Shown here in pieces: positions 11,556 to 24,449 of a stretch of 64,000 nt of DNA. Where the stretch lies: contig CM126223.1 of assembly GCA_052327205.1 (NCBI GenBank), positions 58,838,001 to 58,902,000 on the forward strand, written 5' to 3'. How positions within the stretch are numbered: position 1 is the first letter of the stretch; each line of letters starts with the position of its first letter. Source of the stretch: Somniosus microcephalus (Eukaryota). The position numbers and the translations under genes are program-made. The notes below the pieces were generated by a model that worked only from the letters and a program-made list of their open reading frames with translations, had not been told where the DNA came from and did no database searches.

Positions 11556-13649
11556 GGCGAGAGAGAGAACCCATAATGTACAGGATCTGCAGCCAGTTAG
11601 TTTACAAGTAGTGTTGATGACTTCTGAAATCGGTTTCATTTTCCACAGGGTGATACGATATAGGTTCTGCATAAAATTAAGATAGTTTTAAACTGTGCTG
11701 CTCTTGAAATTTTATGTCATTTTCAGTTCAGTATAGAATGTCAACCTGGAGATTAGACCACTCTAGTATGATTTTTTTTTTAAACAGTGAATTTACTACT
11801 CTTAATTTAAAAAGAGAGTTTGCATATGTAGAATCTAATTTCACACATGCATACCTGCAAATACAGGATAGCTGGAAAATTCCATTTGTAAATTGAAGGT
11901 ATGATTTTCTGGATCTTCGAAAAATACAGTTGCATGAGTAATGAGCTCTCTGCATGGAGTTCTACCATTGCAGCACAAACGCCCACACTTGTAATATAGT
12001 GGCACCCATAAAGCTTCCACCTATGCAGATTCTCAACTGGAGTGCCAATTTTAGATCACTTGCTCCTGAATGAAATGCTTAGAACAGTTATGATTTCCCC
12101 CCCCCACCTGCTCATATGTTCTTAAGCACAAATATAGGGATACACGTTAAGTCAGAAGTTTTAGAAGAACAGGAGTGTTACATGGATACTGACTTATCAG
12201 CATTCAAGGTGCCCTGGCAGTGCTAGGAAGAGGGAGTCTCGGGGTCTGGGAACTTTTAACCCTGCGAGCGTCTCCAAGAACTCTGGAGGGCGAGGTACCA
12301 GGAATACTGGGGCAGATGCTGGGATTGCTGAGAGGAGAATCCTGTGACCTAGCAGGTTTAAGAGGGAGGTCTTGAGACCCATCAGCAGTGGCAGTGGTTA
12401 TGGGACTAGTGAGCACTGGGAATGCGGTCTCGAGTTTGTGAGCATTGAGGAGAGTGTTGCAGGGTCTGGTGGAGGTAGGAGGACGTCTGAGGAGCGAGAT
12501 CACGAGGTACATCAGGGCTCGGGGTGGGATTTTGGAGCATTGGCTATTGTTGGAACCTGGTAATATTGGGCAGAGCAAGGTGTCACATTCTTGTGAGGGA
12601 TGGGTCCCAGGAGAATTGGGCCTAAATGGCCTTTTGTCTCATTCAAGCTATCGGAACCCCATTCCCACATATTCCTGCATGTCCGCTACTCCCCACCACC
12701 ACTTTCCCCATAGTCATCAGGTTCCTGTCTTTGCTCGTGCCATCAAGCATTTAAGTGCAAGTTTGCTGCTTGATAAAATCGTGGGCTGGGGTTGCACGAT
12801 TTCCTGATTATTAGGTAGTTTGCAAAATTATATCATCTGTAATAAAAATTCCGTAATGAAACTAATCAAAGCACAAAGTTCATTTATGCAGTTTCCAAGT
12901 TTTTGTATTAAAAATTGTTCGTTTTTTTTTGAATATATACAACAAAGAGCAATGATTGACTAAAAAAGTTCTCTAGAAATTATCTGTTTTCTTTGCTAAC
13001 CATCAACAGAAAAAATGACAAACAACTTGGTTTTGCTGTCTCTGAAGAGCTATTTGTTTTCATGTGTTGCTTTTGTTTTTCTTTGAGGAGTTCATAATAG
13101 AAAAGCACAATTGTAATAATAAGTTATCACTTGCCTCAAATAAAGGCTTTGAGAATTCAATCTCTCGTTTCTTTTAAAGTCTTTTGAAAAAAGCAAAGAA
13201 ATCAAATCCTCACAGGATTAGGGGAAAACGCCCGTCTTCCCTTCCAACTCTCCTGTTGTACAGATTGCAGGCGGGAAAATTCTGAAAAGCACACATGCTT
13301 AGAATGGACAGTGATGATTGAAAACGCTCAACTGTTGGGAAACGTCTGATGAACTTTAATCAAGACATTTATAGACACAAAATACTATTCAGTGGGAAAT
13401 GTAGTAATGATATTCTGAAACAGTTTTTTAAAAATGTATTTTACAACCTTATTTTGAATATTGGAAATTTCTCTTACTGTGAAGAAAATTTTCAGAAAGC
13501 ATTTTGAGTGATTTATGGGAGCCAGGTGGCCAGATTGCCCAATCTTAAGATAATATACAAAAGCAAAGTACTGCAGATGCTGAAAATCTGAAATAAAAAT
13601 AGAAAATGCTGAAAATACTCAGCAGGTCAGGCAGCATCTGTGGAGAACT

Positions 13650-13688
13650 AGTTAACGTTTCAGGTCGATGACCTTTCATCAGAACTGG
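13650..13688 (-). ncRNA. Minimal type I hammerhead ribozyme motif (PLE-associated), intact core
   Basis: Minus strand: cc-AGTT-CTGATGA-A-AGGTC-ATC-GACCT-GAA-ACGT-T-AACT; stem I AGTT/AACT; palindromic ACGT helix III. Confidence 0.7.
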
Positions 13689-14869
13689 AAAAAGTTAGAC
13701 ATGTAACAGGTTTTAAGCAAGTACAGAGGAGAGGCAGGGAAAGGGGGGAGGGGGAGAAAGAACAAAAAGGAAGGTCTGTGATTGGGTGGAAAGCGGGAGC
13801 GATTAAATGACCAAAGGGTTGATGGTAATGGGACAAGTCAAGAAACAAAAGATGAGTCTAGAGGAGGTGTAAATAGCAAGAGCAGAATCATTACCAACAG
13901 CTGCTGTCCGAAAAAATGGGAGCGGTGGTTATGATCTGAAACTGTTGGACTCAATATTGAGTCCGGAAGGGCTGTGCCCATCCCATTTCTTGCACTTCTG
14001 CTCTCACCCCTACCCCTTCCTCCCAGAACCACAATAGGGTTGTTACCCATGTCCTCGCGTTCCACCCCACCAACCTCCATATTCAACAGATCATCCTCCG
14101 CTATTTGCACCACCTCCAGCGTAATGCCACCACCAAACACATCTTCCCCTCCCCTTTCAGCATTCTGAAGGAACCGTTCCCTCCGCGATGCCCTGGTCCA
14201 CTCTGAAATCACCCCCTCCCCTTCCCACGGCACCTTCCTGTGCAAGCGCAGGAGATTCAACACCTACCCTTTTACCTCCTCCCTTCCCACCGTCCAGGAC
14301 CCCAAACACTCCTTCCAGGTGAAACAGCGATTTACTTGTACTTCTTGCAATTTAATATACTGTATTCGCCACTCACGATGCGGTCTCCTCTACATTGGGT
14401 GACCGCTTTGCAGAACACCTCCGTTCAGCCGGTAAGGGTGACACTGAGCTTGTCATTTTAATTCTCCACCCCACTCCCACTCTGACCTCTTTGTCCTCGG
14501 CCTCCTGCACTGTTCTAATGAAGCTCAATGGAAACTCGAGAAACAGCACCTCATCTTCGACTAGGCACTTTACAGCCTTCCGGACCTGACATTGAGTTCA
14601 ACAATTTCAGATCAGAACCACCGCTCCCATTTTTTTGTACAGTAGCAGTTGGTAATGATTTTGCTATTGCCATTTACACCTCTTCTAGACCCATCTTTTA
14701 TTTCTTTACTTGTCCCATTACCATCTCCTTTTGCCTTGCACCATCACCCCTTTTATCATTTAATCTCTTCTGTCTTCCTCCCTATCACAGACCTTTCCTT
14801 TTGTTATTCCTGCTCCCCCTTTCCCTGTGCCTGGACTTGCTTAAAATCTGTTAGATCTCTTAGCTCGTT

Positions 14870-14908
14870 CCAGTTCTGATGAAAGGTCATCAACCTGAAA
14901 TGTTAACT
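14870..14908 (+). ncRNA. Minimal hammerhead motif, degenerate (ACGT changed to ATGT)
   Basis: ccagtt-CTGATGA-A-AGGTCATCAACCT-GAAA-TGTT-AACT. Confidence 0.55.
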
Positions 14909-15628
14909 TTGTTTTTCTCCACAGATGCTGCCTGACCTGTTGAGTATTTCCAGCATTTTCTGTTTTTATTTAAGATCGCATACTCTAACTATAAAATAGC
15001 AACCACCATGTGGCACAGAATGTTAACATTGAAAATATCTGTCACCGCAGCACACGCACAAGTTAACTCTTGAATTTTCAATTAATTGTTTGCCCCAAAT
15101 GTCAAATGGTTTATTTAAATATAATATATACACACATATAGTATAACTCACGGTAAGCCAGAGCATACACTTGAGTGTGACACGATTTTTAAATATTACT
15201 AGCCATTTCCTGAGTCATTGCTCATGGTGTGTGAAGGATGCACTGAGGTGTGACGGGAAGGGAATGTGACATTTTAGAGAACATGCGCACTATTATATTC
15301 TATGTCTAGTGACTGCGTACATATTCTGCCCACATTACACTTCCTGTGTCACCCTTTTTCAATACTGCTTCTGTCAACTTTTTATAAGGGGAAAAGATGT
15401 ATGTAAATGTTTTGCATGTCACGCTGTGTAGATGCACGCTTCCAATCACGAGATGGCTCTATTGAATCTCCTGTTCCTGTTGGCCTCTGAACAATAACTG
15501 AGGTTCCGAGAAATATTCTTTAATAGTCATTCTACAAAAATATCACTTTTTTTCTTTTGGCATGAATAAACCTGCTAAGTAGGAGATGGTTAATTTGTGC
15601 TTTTTAAAGATTAGACTTTGTTTTTCAG

Positions 15629-15713
15629 AAATCGAGCTATAGCTGACTATCTTCGCTCTAATGGTTATGAAGAGGCTTATTCAGTTTTCAAGAAGGAGGC
15701 AGAGTTAGATATG
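15629..15713 (+). CDS. PAFAH1B1: LIS1/PAFAH1B1 coding exon (human exon 3 equivalent; LisH motif [28 protein letters not shown])
   Basis: ttttcag|AAATCGAGCT...GATATG|gtaagt; 85 nt; translation matches the LIS1 N-terminus; too short for the ORF track. Confidence 0.96.
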
Positions 15714-15967
15714 GTAAGTCAAATTGGTTTGTTTGTTAATGGAAATTTGATCTGGTACAAAACCGTGATTGAGAAATTGTTGTCCAACGTCTCTTGAGTG
15801 TTGAGTAGCGTGATAGAATTTCATAACCGCCTAGCATACAACACTGTTGGATAGAGTTCGGGCAATTTCCAACATGGCAGAAAGCTTCAAGTACCAGAAA
15901 AATGAGAAGTTTGCTTTTAGCAACAAGCATGCTGTTGGCACAACTTGTCTATATGGCACTGATTTTT

Positions 15968-18900
15968 TTTGAGAGTCATAACAGCACAGAAGGAGGCCAT
16001 TCAGCCCATCGAGTCCGTGCCGGCTTTCTGTAGAGCAATCCAGTCAGTCCCATTCCCCTGCTCTATCCCCGTAGCCCTGCAAGTTTATTTCCCTCAAGTG
16101 CCTATCCAATCTCCCCTTGAAAACATTGAGTGTCTCCGCTTCCACCACTTCCGTCGGCAGCGAGTTCCAGGTCCTCACTGCGTTAAAAAAAGTTTTTCCT
16201 CACATCCCCCCTGTATCTCTTGCCCAAAACCTTAAATCTGTGTCCCCTAGTCCTTGTACCATCAACTAGTGGGTACAGCCTTTCCCTGTCTAGCCTATCC
16301 AAACCCGTCATAATCTTGTACACCTCTATCAAATCACCCCTCAACCTCCTTTGCTCTAATGAAAACAAATCCCACTTCTCCAACCTGTCCTTGTAGCTAA
16401 GATCCCCCATCCCCGGAACCATTCTGGTAAATCTCCTCTGCACCCTCAAGGACCTTCACATCCTTCTTAAAATGTGGTGACCAGAACTCGACGCAATACT
16501 CCAGTTGTGGCCTAACCAGTGCGTTATAAAGATTCAGCATAACTTCTCTACTTTTGTACTCAATACCTCTATTTATGAAGCCCAAGATCCCATATGCTTT
16601 GCTAACCACTCTCTCAATATGTCCTGCCACCTTCAGGGACCTATGCACATTAACTCCCAGGTCCCTCTGTCCCTGTACTCTTTAAAACTGTGCCATTAAG
16701 TGTATATTGCCTCTCCCTGTTCCTTCTGCCAAAATGCATCACCTCACACTTCTCTGTATTAAATTCCATCTGCCACTTGTCTGCCCATTCTGCTAGCCTT
16801 TCTATATCCTGTTGCGGTCGATTGGTATCATCATCACTGTTTGCCACACCCCCAACTTGGGTATTATCGGCAAATTTAGAAATTCTACTCTGTATTCCAA
16901 TATCCAGGTCATTTATATCGATATATTTTTAAAAAAAGCAGTGGCCCCAGCACTGACCCTTGGGGAACACCACTGTCTAGTCTGAAAAACAGCCATTTAC
17001 CACAACTTGCTTTTTTCTGTCCTTAAGCCAATTCCTTATCCAAGCTGCCACTGACCCACCTATTCCATGAGCCTCAATTTTGGTAATCAGTCTTCTATGT
17101 GGTACTTTGCCAAACGCCTTCCTAAAATCCATGTAGACAACATCCATTGCATTCCCTTCATCGATCCTCCCTGTTACTTCATCAAAAAATTCAATTCGAT
17201 TAGTCAAACATGATCTACCTTTTACAAATCCGTGTTGGCTGTCCTTAATTAGCTTAAACCTCTCCAAGTGCCTGTTCATTTTTTCTTTGATTATTGTTTC
17301 TAAAACTTTACCCACCACTAACGTTAAACTGACCAGCCTGTTCCTAGAATTGTCCTTACACCCTTTCTTGAACAATGGTGTCACATTTGCCACTTTCCAA
17401 TCCTCAGGCACCTCCCCCACATCTAGGGAAGATTGGAAAATTAAAGCAAGCCCTTCCGCTATCACCTCCCCCAATTCCCTTAGCAATCTGGGATGCAAGC
17501 CATCTGGACCAGTCGACTTATACACTCTAAGCATACCCAGCCTTTCTCGTACATCCTGTCTTATCAATTTTCACCCCTACCATTGCTTCTACCTTTTCCA
17601 CTGCTACCGATATTTAGTCAGCATCCACCTCCTTAGTAAACACTGATGCAAAGTACTCATCGAGTATTCTAGCCTTGCCCTGCGCCTCTAAGCATATAAC
17701 ACTTCCCTTGTAGTAAGATTTTTGGGTTCCCTTTTATGTTAACTGCCATTCTCCTCTCATATTCTCTCTTTACTTCCCCTCTCAACTTATTGTATTTGGT
17801 CTGGTTCTCCCTTGAAGAATTCACCTGACATGCATCATACACCCTATTTTTTTTGTTAATCATCTTCTCTATCTCCCTCATCATCCAAGGGGCCCTTGCT
17901 CTGGTTCCCCTTACCTCTTGTTGGAATGTACCTAGCCTGTACTTGGAACATCTCCTCCTTAAAGATCTCCCATTGTTCCGTTACAGTTTTTCCTGTCAGT
18001 CTTTGGTTCCATTTTACTCTGGCTAGATCCTTTTGCATCCCATTGAAGTTAGCCGTATTCCAGTTTAGAAGTTCCACTCTAGATTGTTCCTTGCTCCTCT
18101 CCATTGCTAATCTAAATCTTATGATACGATGATCACTCGTACCCAAGTGTTTTCCCACAGACACTTGGTCGACCTGGCCCACCTCATTCCCCAGCACCAG
18201 ATCCAGCAAAATGCCTCCTTTCTAGTTGGGCCAAGAACATACTGGTCAAGGAAATTCTCTTGAACACATTTCAGAAATTCCTCCCCTTCCTTTCCCTTTA
18301 CCCTAGCATTATCCCAATCGATATTTGGGTGATTTACGTCCCCCAATATCACCACACTATAGCTCTTGCATATCTCTGCAATTTCCCTGCAGATTTGCTC
18401 CTCTACCTCCCCCTCACTATTTGGAGGCCTGTAGAATACCCCCAATAGCGTGATCATACCCTTTTTTGCTCCTCAATTCTAACCAAATGGATTCTGTCTT
18501 TGTCCCCTCAAGAACATCCTCCCTTTCCAACACTACAATGTCTTCCTTAGTCAGCACTGCCACCCACCTCCCTTTTTTCCTTCCCTATCTTTTCTGAACA
18601 CCTTGTATCCTTGAATATTAAGTGCCCAGTCCTCACCGTTTTTTTAGCCACGTTTCCGTTATTGCCACAACATCATATTGCCACATGGCTAACTGTGCTT
18701 GTAGCTCACCAACCTAATTCACCACATTTTGTGCGTTTACGTACATGCATTCTAAACCCATTTTTGAATTTTTCTTAGTCTGCTCCTATCTAATATGGTA
18801 CTATTTCCGCCTCCAGTACTACTTTCTTCAGTACTATGCAACACACTCAATCTTTTATGCACCTTATTCCTCTTTTCTACTCCTATATGCTGGTGCCCAT

Positions 18901-20050
18901 CCCCCTGCCAAGCTAGTTTAAACCCTCCCCAACAGCACTAGCAAACCTCCCCGCGAGAATATTGGTCCCGGCTCATTTGAGGTGTAACCCGTCCGGCTTG
19001 TACAGGTCCCACCTTCCCCAGAAACGGCCCCAATGCCTCAGGAATCTAAAGCCCTCCTGCACCGTCTCTCCAGCCACACATTCATCTGTTCTATCCTCCT
19101 ATTGCTGTACTCACTAGCACGTGGCACCGGGAGTAATCCGGAGATTATTACCTTTTTGAGGTCCTGCTTTTTAATCTCTCTCCTAGATCCCTAAACTCTG
19201 CCTGCAGGACCTCATCCCTCCTTCTGCCTATGCCGTTGATACCGATATGGATAACGACCTCTGGTTGTTCACCCTCCCCCCTCAGTGTGTCCTGCAGCCG
19301 CTCAGTGACATCCTTGACCTTGGCACCAGGGAGGTAACATACCATCCTGGAGTCACATCTGCGGCCGCAGAAATGCCTGCCTGCTCCCCTAATTATCGAA
19401 TCTCCTACCACTATTGCTCTTCCACTCTTTTTCCTCCCCCTCGTGCAACTGAGCCACCAGTGGTGCCTAGGACTTGTCTCTAGCTGCACTCCCCGGTGGA
19501 CCTGGCGTCCCCACCAGTACTCAACAGAGTACTGGTTGGAGAGCGAGATGCACTCTGGCTGGTCCTCTTCTGCCTGGCAGTCACCCATTCCCTCTCTGCC
19601 TGCATACTCTTAAGCTGCGGAGTGACCACCTCCAGAAATGTACTATCCACCTAACTCTCAGCCTCGCGGATGCACCGCAGGGACTCCAGCTGCCACTCAA
19701 GCTCTGAAACACAGATTTCGAGCTGCCGTAGCTGGTGACACTTCCTGCACATGTGGTCATCCAGGACATTGCATATGGCACAGGATGTGCACTCCATGTG
19801 ACTGAACTGCCCTGCCATGCCTCTATTTAATAGACTAAGAACTAACTAAGCAGAAATAAACTTAAATCTTAAAAAAAAACTCACCAGCTACTCACCAATC
19901 GACTCCTTCCCTTGTGCTGCCGTCACTTTTCCTACTCTGACGTCACTCTTTCAGATTCTGCCTCTGTTAAGCCGCTGTGTCTTTCGCTCTGATCCTGCTC
20001 TGGTCTCGAGGTCTGCTGCCTCCACTTCCTCTCGCGCTCTTTACAACGCC
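15968..20050 (-). mobile_element. Near full-length degenerate CR1 LINE (ORF1 zinc-finger/leucine zipper plus SGNH esterase; ORF2 APE endonuclease and RT)
   Basis: ORF 19148..19588 AIVVGDSIIRG...CYLPGAKVKDV (esterase); 18119..18457 GVFYRPP..ILGDVNHP (endonuclease); 16977..17567 GPDGLHPRLL..QHGFVKGRSCLTN..YMDFRKAF (RT); tail at about 15970; many frameshifts. Confidence 0.93.
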
Positions 20051-20242
20051 GCTGAGAGGAACAAACAAAATTATCCTGGAGATGGCACACACTTTTGCCA
20101 TCATGATAGTGCATCGGATTTGGGCTATTCCATTATCAAAAATATATGAACAGACTACGAATACAAAAAAAGTAGGTAACTAACTTCAAATCCCCTTCTG
20201 TCCTGTCACAATTGTGGGGGTTGAAAGCAGAAATGTGAAACG

Positions 20243-21485
20243 CAACAACAACTTGTATTTATATTGCGCCTTTAACGTAGTAAAACGTCCCAAGGCGTAC
20301 ATGTGGAAACTGACGCTGTGATTTCGGATGATGTCGCCAAGGAGCAACATGTAGATGAGAAATAGGAGGGGGGCCAAGGATAGATCCTTGGGGGACACCA
20401 AAGGTCACGATGCGGGAGCGGGAAGAGAAGCCTTTGCAGGTGATTCTCTGGCTACGATTAGATAGATAAAAATGGAACCAGGCGTATGCTGTCCCACCCA
20501 GCTGGGCGACGGTGGAGAGGCGTTGGAGAAGGATGGAGTGGTCAGCCATGGCAAAGGTTGCAGACAAGTCGAGAAGGACGAGGAGAGATAGTTTACCTTT
20601 GTTACAGTCACAAAGGATGTCATTTGTGACTTTGATGAGAGCCGTTTTGGTACTGTGGCATGGGCAGACACCTGATTGGAGGAATTCAAACATGGAATTG
20701 CGGGAAAGATGGAAACAGATTTGGAAGGTGACAACACATTCAAGGACTTTGGAGAGGAAAGGGAGGTTGGAGATGGGGTGGTAGTTTGCAAGGATGGAGT
20801 GGTCAAGGGTTATTTCTTTGAGGAGAGGGGTGATGACGGCAGATTTGAGGGAGAGGGGGACAGTACCTGAGGAGAGAGAACTGTTAATATCAGCTAACAT
20901 GGGAGCCAGAAAAGGAAGTTTGGTGGTCAGCAGTTTGGTGGGAATAGGGTCGAGGGAGCAGGAGGTGGGTCTCAGACAAGATGAGTGTGGAGAGGTCATG
21001 AGGGGAGATCGGAGAGAAACTGGAGAAAGAGGTGAATTCAGGCCTAGGACAAGGGGAACCTTGTAGGAAGTTTGGCCCGGTGGGTATGGGGAAGGAAGGG
21101 AAGTGGCAGAGGCAGCTGAACGGATGGTCTCAATCTTAGAGACAAAAAAGTCCATGAGCTCCTCATAATTGTTATCGGAGGTGAGGGTGGAGGAGACAGG
21201 GGAGAGGGGTTTAAGAAGACGGTTAGCAATCGAGAATAGGAGCCAGGGTTTATCTTTGCATTCCAGAATGATTCTGGAATAGTGAGCAATTTTGGCAGAC
21301 GAGAGCAGGACCCGATAATGCTTTGTGGTCCAGCCAGATCTGGCAATGAATGGCTAAACCAGTTGTCCATTATATCCGTTCAAGTCTGCATCCCTTGGAC
21401 TTAAGGGAGTGAAGATGAGGGCCGTGCCAGGGGGAATGGCCAGGGTGAGAGAGAGTAATTGTTTTAGTAAGGACTAGGGCATCAA
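20243..21485 (-). mobile_element. L2-clade LINE RT fragment joined directly to its 3' tail
   Basis: ORF 20259..21155 SCSLDPIPTKLL..NYHPISNLPFLSKVLE..HSTKTALIKVTNDIL..LLDLSATF..GVPQGSILGP; tail ggcgcaatataaatacaagttgttgttg. Confidence 0.9.
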
Positions 21486-21659
21486 AGGTGGTGGTGAGGG
21501 TGTGGTTGAGCAGTTAAACAATTATTTTTGGCTGCTGCCAGCACCTGCATGCCTCCAACAGCCTGCTTGGTTGCCCCCTTAAGCTGCCCAAGGAGGCATA
21601 GAACCTTGATGTACTGCTCAATCGTGCTCGCATCCTCCCCTGCACCTGCTCCATTACTA

Positions 21660-22940
21660 CATAAGAACATAAGAAGTAGGAGCAGGAGTAGGCCATACGG
21701 CCCCTCAGGCCTGCTCCGCCATTCAATAGAATCATGGCTGATCCGAACCTAGACTCGCGTCCACTTCCCTGCCCGCTCCCCGTAACCCCTATTCCCTTAT
21801 CAGCTAGGAAACTGTCTATCTCTGTTTTAAATTTATTTAATGTCGCAGCTTCCACAGCTCTCTGAGGTAGCAAATTCCATAGATTTACTACCCTCTGAGT
21901 GAAGAAGTTTCTCCTCATCTCAGTTTTGAAAGGGCAGCCCCTTATTCTAAGATTATGCCCCTAGTTCTAGTCTCACCCATCAGTGGAAACATCCTCCCCG
22001 CATCCACCCGATCAAGCCCCCTCACAATCTTATATGTTTCGATAAGATCGCCTCTCATTCTTCTGAATTCCAATGAGTAGAGGCCCAACCTACTCAACCT
22101 TTCCTCATAAGTCAACCCCCTCAACTCCAGAATCAACCGAGTGAACCTTCTCTGAACTGTCTCGAGAGCAAGTATATCTTTTCTTAAATATGGAAACCAA
22201 AACTGTACGCAGTATTCCAGATGTGGCCTCACCAGTACCCTGTATAACTGAAGCAAGACTTCCCTGCTTTTATACTCCATCCCCCTTGCAATAAAAGCCA
22301 AGATTCCATTGGCCTTCCTGATCTCCTGCTGTACCTGCATACTAACCTTCTGTGTTTCATGCACCAGGACCCCCAGATCCCTTTGTACTGTAGCACTTTG
22401 CAGTTTCTTTCCATTTAGATAATAACTTGCTCTTTGATTTTTTTCTGCCAAAGTACATAACCTCACACTTTCCAACATTATATTCCATCTGCCAAATTTC
22501 TGCCCACTCACTTAGCCTGTCTATGTTCTTTTGCAGGTTTTTTATGTCCTCCTCACTCACTGCTTTCCCTCCCATCTTTATCGTCAACAAACTTGGATAC
22601 GTTGCACTTGGTCCCCTCCTCCAAATCGTTAATATAGATTGTAAAGAGTTGGGGTCCCAGCACTGACCCCTGCGGAACACCACTAGTTACTGATTGCCAA
22701 CCGGAGAATGAACCATTTATCCCAACTTTCTGTTAGATAGCCAATCTTCCACCCATGCCAGTATATTACCCCCAATCCCGTGATTTTTTATCTTGTGCAG
22801 TAATCTTTTGTGTGGCACCTTGTCAAATGCCTTTTGGAAGTCCAAATACACCACATCCACTGGTTCCCCATTATCCACCCTGCTTGTTACGTCCTCAAAG
22901 AATTCAAGCAAATTTGTCAAGCATGATTTCCCCTTCATAT
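21660..22940 (-). mobile_element. 5'-truncated CR1 LINE (RT C-terminal half and tail)
   Basis: ORFs 22717..22938 (KSCLTNLLEFF..YLDFQKAFDKVPH) and 21942..22511; (ttcttatg)n tail. Confidence 0.93.
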
Positions 22941-22959
22941 ACCTGGGGTTTCTTTTTTT

Positions 22960-23510
22960 CTATCTCCCTGTTGTCTGTGTCTGCCCCTACCCTTCCCCCA
23001 TCACCACCAAAACCTTGGTCCATACCTTCAACATATTGAGGCTTGACTTCTCCAACTTTTTCCTATCTTAACCTTCCACAAGTTCACATCTCATTCAAAG
23101 CGCCTCAACCACATAGAAACCTGCATACTCATCATCTGCATCCTTTCCAAGCTACATTGGTTCCCTGTGCCCCAGTGACTTTAGTGCAAAACTCTCGTCC
23201 TCACTTTCAAATCCCTGCCTTATGGCTTTACCCCACGTGACCGTGATGATCTTCGCCAGCCTTGCATCTCCGCATTTCCTCTTCCACTCCTGTAATACCA
23301 GGCGGCTGCTTTTTCCTCTGCTTCACCATTGATGGTTGCTTTAAACCTCTCTGCAGTTTTCCTCTGGGTCTTATGCTTAGTTCACGATCCCCTGCCTTCA
23401 AAACCTCTTGGAAAAACTGTACTTTCAGTCCCTCAATCAACACCATCCATTTTTATTCCTTGCTCCTTTAATATAAGGCATCGATGAGGACTGCTATGAA
23501 AATGCAAGTG
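22960..23510 (+). mobile_element. Highly degenerate L2 3' fragment
   Basis: aaaccttggtccatacctt..ggcttgacttctccaac..ctacattggttccctg..ccttcaaaacctcttggaaaa..gctatgaaaatgcaagt. Confidence 0.55.
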
Positions 23511-24449
23511 TGAATTGGCTGCTGCAACCGCTAACCTTTTCTGATAGAAAGGAAACATCACAAATAAGATGGGCTGGTATAAAGAGCATCTGTTCAGACT
23601 GCATGGAGTCTAACTGGGACTTTCTACAGAGTTTGCATTAGAAATTCAATGAAACAAAAGGAGAAAATGAGTTGCGTTGTTTTTTACCTTGCATTTTTGT
23701 GCCTTAATGCATGTGAAATCAGTGTGTAATACAATAAGTTCACCCTTTTCCGAACAAGGCATAAAGCCTTCATCTGATCTTTACAGACAGCCTGATATGA
23801 CAAAATTGGCATGTTCTGCCATCGCCCAAGAGACTTGGATCTGAATCGCAGACACAACTGATATTTGTACTTGAGTCTCCCCAGATGATCTTTGCAGCGT
23901 GACAGCATAAACCAAAGCCAACATGCCTAGTCAAGTGAAAAATAAAATTGTCTGGGGCTCTGTTGTGGGTCATTCTTTTACAATCTCTACCTGGTATCTG
24001 TTGAACAGCATTGGAAATAGATATGCAAACTCCAGGCATAGCTTCTCAGCGGAGGGTGCACAGCCTACATGCTCAAAAGGAAAAGATTATTAACACCAAC
24101 TGTCCTAGGGGTTGGGAGTGGAGGAATGTTTTTGCCTGCTATTTGAAACCTTTTAATACTGCCATTGAGAATTTTCCTTGGTTTGTGATCTAGCCACATT
24201 CAAGTTATCGGTAACTGGAACAAGTTTTGTTGAAGTTTATCTAATTAGAGTGCCAAGCTGTTCATCCTCTCCAACTAGGCAGCTACACACTTATCCATGG
24301 CCTTTGCTGATATTCAGCATACAGGTGCAAGAGAAAGTAAAACCATTTTATGTAACGCCAACTTTTCAAATCTCACACACTGAATTCTTCTACATTTCTG
24401 CAACAAAAAAAAAGTTTCTAATATATTTTGTTTATACTTTTTAAATATT

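Larger units (their letters stand above)
13558..14970 (+). mobile_element. Penelope-like retroelement remnant: inverted terminal copy (13558-13975), GIY-YIG endonuclease remnant and 3' terminus
   Basis: 14293-14430 translates FQVKQRFTCTSCNLIYCIRHSRCGLLYIG...DRFAEHLRS (GIY-YIG); about 400-bp inverted arms 13592-13975 versus 14572-14970; hammerhead core in each arm. Confidence 0.85.

Noticed and set aside
1-15628. Search for the LIS1 start exon (MVLSQRQRDEL) and promoter/CpG island
   Set aside because: No matching sequence was found by eye. The CpG-rich patches at 5393-6169 and 9850-10024 are transposon-like, so the 5' end is presumably upstream of the window.
19148-19588. SGNH/GDSL esterase ORF inside PAFAH1B1, suggestive of a PAF-acetylhydrolase catalytic subunit (PAFAH1B2/3, also SGNH fold)
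   Set aside because: It is the standard CR1 ORF1 esterase, collinear with the endonuclease and RT remnants; the coincidence with the host gene name is not meaningful.
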